The notes under the pieces: model-generated
The model's database searches: none
What the model was told of the DNA's origin: nothing
What the model saw: the letters and a program-made list of their open reading frames with translations, nothing else
Shown: positions 58,703 through 64,000 of the stretch, piece after piece
Layout of the letters: every line of letters begins with the position of its first letter
Position numbering within the stretch: position 1 is the first letter of the stretch
Source: Polyangiaceae bacterium
Lineage (GTDB): Bacteria > Myxococcota_A > Polyangia > Polyangiales > Polyangiaceae
Assembly: GCA_965222375.1 (NCBI GenBank)
Contig: CBDCTZ010000005.1
Span: forward strand, 1-64,000
DNA length: 64,000 nt
Direction: 5' to 3'
Program-made: the position numbers and the translations under genes

Positions 58703-59217
58703 ACGCCGAAAAGCCCGCCTGGCTCTCGGGGGGATTGAGAATCACCCGCGGCGCCCTCGACCGCATCGAAAGCGCCGCGGTTGCGGCCTATGAGCGCGAC
58801 GAAGAAGCCTGTGGCTATCTCAGCGGCCCCGGAGCGGACGCTCTGCTCGCCGATACCGCCGTGGAGTTGGAAAACCTCGCGAACAAGTACCATCAAGTGG
58901 ATCCCGAAGGCCATCCGCGCACGGGGCACGACTATTTCAAGATCAACGCTTTGAAGTTCGAACGTGCCCTCGATGCGGGTCGAGAGGCGGGCCAACCCGT
59001 CAAGGTGTTTTTCCACTCGCATTTGGATTGCGGCGCCTATTTCAGCGAAGAAGATGCGGCAAGCATGACCCTCGGTGGCACCGGAGAGCCCGCACACGAC
59101 TTGGCCTACCTGGTCACCGCCGTCGACGACGGCAAAATAACCGCCCACAAGCTATTCATTTGGCAGGCTGACTCGAAAACGTTCGTGGAAACGACCTTTT
59201 CGGAGGTGCCAGACTGA
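58696..59217 (+). CDS. JAB/MPN+ metallopeptidase (Mec-like)
   Basis: EEACG and HSHLDCGAYFSEED (E...HxH...S..D). Confidence 0.88.
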   Translation: MVDAEKPAWLSGGLRITRGALDRIESAAVAAYERDEEACGYLSGPGADALLADTAVELENLANKYHQVDPEGHPRTGHDYFKINALKFERALDAGREAGQPVKVFFHSHLDCGAYFSEEDAASMTLGGTGEPAHDLAYLVTAVDDGKITAHKLFIWQADSKTFVETTFSEVPD

Positions 59218-59273
59218 CGCGTGCCCTTGCCCTCGCGGCGCTGTCGTACCTGCTGCTGCACCCTCGAGCTGCG

Positions 59274-60497
59274 GTGGCGGATCTGGAACAGGACGTGGTC
59301 GCCTTGCGGAAGGCTTGGTCGCGCGAACCGGCAAAGGTCGAGCGCGCCAAAGCCCAGCTAGCCGAGCGGGGGCAGCTCACGCCCGTGCGACTTCGAGCTT
59401 CCGACTTTGATATCGCGTCGGATGGTTGCGTCACCATCGCCGTTCTTGGCGCGGTCAGTACACAGTTCGTGATGCGTTTCCTGCCGACTCGCCAAGGCCC
59501 GCAGTTCCCCGAGGGGGAACATCCCGAACAGAGCGCCGCGGGCGCAGCACAACTGGTTCGGTGTGGCTTGCGCAAAGCCATGCTTTCGCGGTTGGTCATC
59601 GAAATGCGCTCGCCTCGAGGCGTGCTGGAAGTCCTCACGGCCCGAGCCAATCGTCCCGTGGGCGCGCTGAGCAAGGTGCTTCCGTCACGGGAACCCGGGC
59701 CAAGCGCCCCCTTCGGTCGGGTAGGCCCCCGGCCCAACGCCGCGCCGGTGGCAACGCGGTCTAGGGGGTTTCAGCTACGGTCCGAGCGACGGGGAGCCCG
59801 GAACGTTCGGCGCTCCAGGATGCGGCTGGGCCGCGCCGGCGTTGGCGATGCGCGCGTGCATCTCGCCCCGGGTTGCCACGAATTCGGTGTCATGGCCGGC
59901 GACCCACTCCCGGGTGGCGTTCCGAGCGACGTGGACGCGGAGCTGTGGCGCATCCCCGGCAGCGGACTGATCGCAGCGGATCGGACCTCCGCGGCGGATG
60001 CGACCCTGACCGCCTGCCTCGGCCAACAAAGCACCGCTAGATTGCGGGTCCGCTCATCTCCGGGCGCATCCAAGACAACCGTCATGCACGCCCACTGGGC
60101 TTTGCCCGACGGGATCCGCGCCGCCTGGGGAGTCACCGCCCGAGGGCGAATGGCGGAGACGTTGGGTGTAAACGAACTGCGGCTTGCGGCGGCGCCGCCG
60201 GTGGATGAAGCCTTGCTGGTGAGCGGGGTGACACTGCTTCCTGTCCGAGTCAGTCCGGGGCGCTGCTATCTAGCCGCCGTCGCAGCCGTCCGTGGGCGCC
60301 CCATCGGGATCGCCATGGCTACGCGCACCGCGTCGGGGCGCGCACAGAACCAAAGCACGCCAGGAGCGAAGGGCACCACGCTGGCGTTCTGTGCGCGAAA
60401 TGACCGCCAACTCATCGAGGTCGAGGCTCGGGGCAATCGGACCTCGTTCCTATTTGCTTTGTGGGCGGCGGGCCGCGTCGTTCTTGGAGCCGACTGA
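59274..60497 (+). CDS. hypothetical secreted protein (open frame with signal-like segment extends back to about 59214)
   Basis: 407-aa ORF; repeated GRCY/GCH...DVD motifs. Confidence 0.6.
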   Translation: MADLEQDVVALRKAWSREPAKVERAKAQLAERGQLTPVRLRASDFDIASDGCVTIAVLGAVSTQFVMRFLPTRQGPQFPEGEHPEQSAAGAAQLVRCGLRKAMLSRLVIEMRSPRGVLEVLTARANRPVGALSKVLPSREPGPSAPFGRVGPRPNAAPVATRSRGFQLRSERRGARNVRRSRMRLGRAGVGDARVHLAPGCHEFGVMAGDPLPGGVPSDVDAELWRIPGSGLIAADRTSAADATLTACLGQQSTARLRVRSSPGASKTTVMHAHWALPDGIRAAWGVTARGRMAETLGVNELRLAAAPPVDEALLVSGVTLLPVRVSPGRCYLAAVAAVRGRPIGIAMATRTASGRAQNQSTPGAKGTTLAFCARNDRQLIEVEARGNRTSFLFALWAAGRVVLGAD

Positions 60498-60498
60498 A

Positions 60499-62184
60499 AT
60501 GCGCGCGCTACTCGCCTACAGCGGTCTTGGTCTGGCGCTGGCCTGTGGCCCGCGACCGGGCTCGACGCCTGGCGAAGACCAGAAGTTTGGTCACGCTCCC
60601 GGCACCCTCGATGGTGCTCGTTTTCTCGGCGCAGATGCTCAACGGGCCCGCAAAGCAGGCGCGGGCCAAAGCGAAGTGCTCACCGTCGAGCCCGGAGCCA
60701 GCGGTGATCGAGTTACGTCTCTGTTCTGGGTGCCGACCACTGAATGCGCCCTGGTCATTGCACGAGCTTCGGAGAGCGTGGACGACATCGATCTCTTTGT
60801 TTACGGTGACGACGGCACATCCTTCGGAAGCGACGAAGCCCCAGACAAGTCGCCCTCCGTGCTGCTCTGCCCGCCCCACCCACGGCGCATGCTGGCGGTC
60901 GCTCGAGTCGCTAGCGGGCATGGCGTCGTTGCTTTGGGCGTGCAGCGGGTACCCAAGAGCCAGGCTGCTGCGGTACGACGATCCATCAAGAGCCGTACGG
61001 ACAAAAGCGCGTCCTTGCGGGAGCGCGCGCGGGTAAACGCACGAGTAGCGGACCATCGGCAACAGCTGGGCGGCCGCTGGCGCGAGCTGCGGCGCATTGC
61101 GCTTCCCGCTGACGCACGCGTACCCACCCGATCGTCCCTCGCGCTGCGGGCGGATAGGTGCATAGACGTGCTCGCAGTGCCCAGCCGCGGCGTGGGCCCG
61201 ATGGATCTCGACCTGATCAATAGCGATGGTCGCGTCGTTGGCCGCGGCTACGTGGACGGTCGAGACCGTTTCGTCGTCGCCTGCTCCGGCCGAGATACCC
61301 ACCTCACCGTCCAGCTACGCCCGCGCTCGGGCAGCGGGACGGCGTGGTTGATGGTCGCGGAAAGCGAGGTCGGCGCGCAGGCCACTCTGGCAAGCTACGC
61401 CGGCCTGATCGATCTCGGGCCTGTTCAGACCCTGGCAAAGACCCGAGCGCAACTGGAAGAATCCCTGGGAAAACAGCCCTACGCTGCCGCGAGGGTGCTG
61501 TATCAAGGCACTCTGAAGACCGGACTACGCAGCAGCGTCGTCGTCCCCAAGGCGCCGGGCTGCCGCCGGGTCGACGTGATCGGTGGCACACCGCTATTCG
61601 GCATGCGCACCTGGGCGTACTCCGATGGGGGGCTGCTGCTGGCCCAGGCGCAGGGAGCCGGTCGCACGAGCATGCTCTTGTGTGGGAACGCACCCGCGCG
61701 CCTGGACCTCGAAGCGCAGCTCTCGCCCGGCCCGGTCGTGGCAGTCGTTCGCGGCGAACCCGATCCGCCGCCTGTCTTAAGCAAGCACCCCCTGGCCGCC
61801 AGTCGACTCATGTCCGCGGTATGGAGCCGCGGCAGCGCGATACTGAGCCGGGAGATCAGCGGCGTAGTGGCCAAACAGCTGAGCCCGACTGCCTTGGCCC
61901 GAGCTCAGGTGCGAGTCCCCTTGCGCCGTTGCGTGGATTTCTTCGCGGCGCTGGACCGAGGGGCGTACGGCTTGGAGCTGCGACTCCTAGACGTTCAGAG
62001 CAATCAGGAACTGTCCCGCAGCCACGGCTCCTATGCAGCGTCAGCCCGCCTATGCACCGACAAGGGCACTATCGACGCGCGAGTAGAACTGGAGGTGCAG
62101 AGCGGAAGGGCTCCAGCGCTTTTCGCCACCCGGATGACGAACCTGACTCCCCGAGCCTCAGGGCGTCGCTCGCAGGGGCACTAG
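60499..62184 (+). CDS. hypothetical lipoprotein with four Cys-bracketed beta domains
   Basis: Lipobox LALAC; repeats such as ECALVIA..DDIDL, RCIDVLA..MDLDL, GCRRVDV, RCVDFFA. Confidence 0.65.
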   Translation: MRALLAYSGLGLALACGPRPGSTPGEDQKFGHAPGTLDGARFLGADAQRARKAGAGQSEVLTVEPGASGDRVTSLFWVPTTECALVIARASESVDDIDLFVYGDDGTSFGSDEAPDKSPSVLLCPPHPRRMLAVARVASGHGVVALGVQRVPKSQAAAVRRSIKSRTDKSASLRERARVNARVADHRQQLGGRWRELRRIALPADARVPTRSSLALRADRCIDVLAVPSRGVGPMDLDLINSDGRVVGRGYVDGRDRFVVACSGRDTHLTVQLRPRSGSGTAWLMVAESEVGAQATLASYAGLIDLGPVQTLAKTRAQLEESLGKQPYAAARVLYQGTLKTGLRSSVVVPKAPGCRRVDVIGGTPLFGMRTWAYSDGGLLLAQAQGAGRTSMLLCGNAPARLDLEAQLSPGPVVAVVRGEPDPPPVLSKHPLAASRLMSAVWSRGSAILSREISGVVAKQLSPTALARAQVRVPLRRCVDFFAALDRGAYGLELRLLDVQSNQELSRSHGSYAASARLCTDKGTIDARVELEVQSGRAPALFATRMTNLTPRASGRRSQGH

Positions 62185-63036
62185 ATCTCGGCTGACCACG
62201 CTTCGTTTTCGCCCCGAGCCATCCTCGACCTCCACCTCATCGTCCTTGTCCTCGGCGATTCTCACAATCAGGTACGGCCGCCATGCTCCGGCGGTCGTTT
62301 TCGGACGCACGAGGGCGAACTGACCTTGGCGTAGTTCGACGTGTTTGTAAGGCGGTTCGGGGATCACTTTAGAGCGAGCAGTCTCACCATCCCGCCCATC
62401 GGCTGCGAACCGGACACGGTAGCCCTCATCTTCGATCTCCACGATCTGCGCAGAGAACCAGCCTTCTTTCGCTCGCACGATCACTCGCTCTTTGGGGCCA
62501 GCCCGCCAACCCGCAGCAACGGCGGGGCTGCCGGCCTTGGCGACTGCCGCAGTGAACTCTCGGAACTTCTTGTGACGAGCGAAATTGCGTCGGATGTTGA
62601 GCACGGTGATCGGAGATGCGGGCAAGGCATCCGCGGGTTTAAGCGTGAACACGTCTCCCTCTGGTGAGCGAGCTTTCACTCCTTTCGCAAGCACTTGATC
62701 GATCTGACACGCTTCCCACTTCTTGGCTGCCCGCTTGCACACCGCGAACTGTCCCGCTGCGAGCTCAGCGCGGGATTTCGACAGCAAGTAGGCGTCGGCA
62801 ATCGCAACAAGGTGCGACTCTCCGGTGTCCAGTTGTTCGACTTTCATCTTGTCGCGCTTGACCTCGAGCACGCGTGCCTCGAAGAACTCGGAGGCGCGTG
62901 GTTCAACGACAACATGATCGCCTCGGGCTGGCGCGGCGCGCTGCGATGGGTCGCTCTTCGAGCCCTCGCTCTTGGAACACCCACAATGTGCGACCATGAC
63001 TCCCGTCGTCGCCAAAAAGAACCACAATTTCGACAT
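62158..63036 (-). CDS. lipoprotein with tandem Tudor/SH3-like barrels
   Basis: Lipobox HCGC; FFEARVLEV, WEACQI, WFSAQIVEI..YRVRF, WRPYLIV. Confidence 0.6.
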   Translation of the reverse strand: MSKLWFFLATTGVMVAHCGCSKSEGSKSDPSQRAAPARGDHVVVEPRASEFFEARVLEVKRDKMKVEQLDTGESHLVAIADAYLLSKSRAELAAGQFAVCKRAAKKWEACQIDQVLAKGVKARSPEGDVFTLKPADALPASPITVLNIRRNFARHKKFREFTAAVAKAGSPAVAAGWRAGPKERVIVRAKEGWFSAQIVEIEDEGYRVRFAADGRDGETARSKVIPEPPYKHVELRQGQFALVRPKTTAGAWRPYLIVRIAEDKDDEVEVEDGSGRKRSVVSRDLVPLRATP

Positions 63037-63202
63037 GTTACGTTCGTGTCACCGACAGAATGTGCATCAACCGCGCGCAGAGGTGGCAAATTGAATGCCT
63101 TTCGGTTTACCCTCCGGCCGCCGAGGGGACAGAAACGGCATTTTCCAAGCGATTACGGTCTCCAAGATTGACTAGCAGACTTTGCGGAAGAGGAGCACGG
63201 AC

Positions 63203-63679
63203 ATGATGGATCAGCTGAGCGTCGTTCATGCACAGGGTGGTGGATATGGGCCTCCCCCAGGGGGATACGGTGGCGCACCGCCTCCCGGTGGTTACGGCGC
63301 GCCTCCCGGTGGAGCGCCAGGTGCCCCGCCAGGTGGGCCCCCGCCCGGTGGGATGCCGATGGCTCCTCCCGGCGGTGTCGCAGCGCCCGGAATGGGCGGC
63401 GGAAACCCGGATTTGAAGAAGCAAACCCAGACCTGGCTGATCATCGCCCTGGTCACGTGGTTCTTTTGCGCGAACGGTTGCTTTGGCTTGATCGGCGCAG
63501 TGCTCGCTTACATGGCGGGTCAGGCGGCGGATCAAGGCAACATTGCCGACGCAGAGAGCAAGCTCAAGTGGTCGAAGATCCTCACCATTGTGGGTCTCGT
63601 GTTGAGCGTGCTCGGTATCATCGCCTACGTGCTGTTCATGTTCGTGTTCGCTGCCAGCAGCGCAGCGTCCGGCATGTGA
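63203..63679 (+). CDS. Gly/Pro-rich membrane protein, CD225/dispanin-like
   Basis: GGYG/PPPG N-terminus; FFC..GCFGLIGAV, GNIADAESK, second TM helix. Confidence 0.7.
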   Translation: MMDQLSVVHAQGGGYGPPPGGYGGAPPPGGYGAPPGGAPGAPPGGPPPGGMPMAPPGGVAAPGMGGGNPDLKKQTQTWLIIALVTWFFCANGCFGLIGAVLAYMAGQAADQGNIADAESKLKWSKILTIVGLVLSVLGIIAYVLFMFVFAASSAASGM

Positions 63680-63705
63680 GTCCGGCGACCTAGCCAAATT
63701 GGACG

Positions 63706-63738
63706 AAGCGGGATCCGGTCACCGGGTCCCGCTTTTCC
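63706..63738 (+). terminator. intrinsic terminator
   Basis: AAGCGGGATCCGG-tca-CCGGGTCCCGCTT stem followed by TT. Confidence 0.7.
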
Positions 63739-63796
63739 TTTGGAAATCCGCCCCCAGGGAAACGCCGCCAGAAAACCTGCTATTGTTCAGGTTGCA

Positions 63797-64000
63797 ATGG
63801 CTCTACGGCGTCTTGGCATGTCGGCCGCGCTGGCCCTGAGCATGGGCTGCACGGCCTTTGACGGCGCCGACGCTTTGCTGACCGAAGGGGATTCCGGGGT
63901 CGCCGGCAGCAGCGGCGCGGGCGGCGTGGGCAACGCCGGTGGATTTCCGTCAAGTGGGGGCGGCGGCAACGCTGGAAGCAGTGGCGCGGCCGGCGGTGGA
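63797..64000 (+). CDS. Gly-rich lipoprotein, partial
   Basis: MALRRLGMSAALALSMGC then Gly/Ser linker running off the window. Confidence 0.6.
   Translation, partial: MALRRLGMSAALALSMGCTAFDGADALLTEGDSGVAGSSGAGGVGNAGGFPSSGGGGNAGSSGAAGGG

Noticed and set aside
56417..59217. Anti-phage ubiquitin-like conjugation system (Bil/Bub or CBASS Cap2-Cap3 type)
   Set aside because: No E2 or CD-NTase; the E1, Ubl and JAB genes are interleaved with two cysteine synthases, which fits sulfur relay

Overview
GC-rich bacterial DNA; the many Gly-rich/Cys-rich lipoproteins, sigma54 systems and the IgGFc-binding-type protein suggest Myxococcota/Polyangiales (inference). Left to right: an 18-bp tandem array; a radical SAM/SPASM + GT4 pair; a stand-alone nuoJKLMN module; a signalling operon (bEBP, PAS kinase, two Roadblock proteins, REC-DUF4388, ParA, ODP di-iron protein, stand-alone protoglobin); fadD; a MATE transporter behind a leader-peptide attenuator; a copper/heavy-metal island (sensor kinase + sigma54 regulator, small Cys/His lipoproteins, cyclase-YHS, cupredoxin, cusCBA, copA); a broken IS4; a full-length group II intron inserted into a dispersed REP-like repeat; and a CymR-like/CysK/E1/Ubl/CysM/JAB sulfur-relay operon. 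Best candidates for undescribed biology: (1) an apparently asymmetric, eukaryote-style two-subunit E1 enzyme in the sulfur-relay operon; (2) a group II intron whose EBS1 matches a multi-copy post-stop-codon repeat; (3) the leader peptide/antiterminator switch on the MATE gene; (4) the ODP-globin-Roadblock-ParA operon. Several small frameshifts may be sequencing errors. No CRISPR array, tRNA or rRNA was recognised. All calls come from reading motifs by eye; no searches were run.
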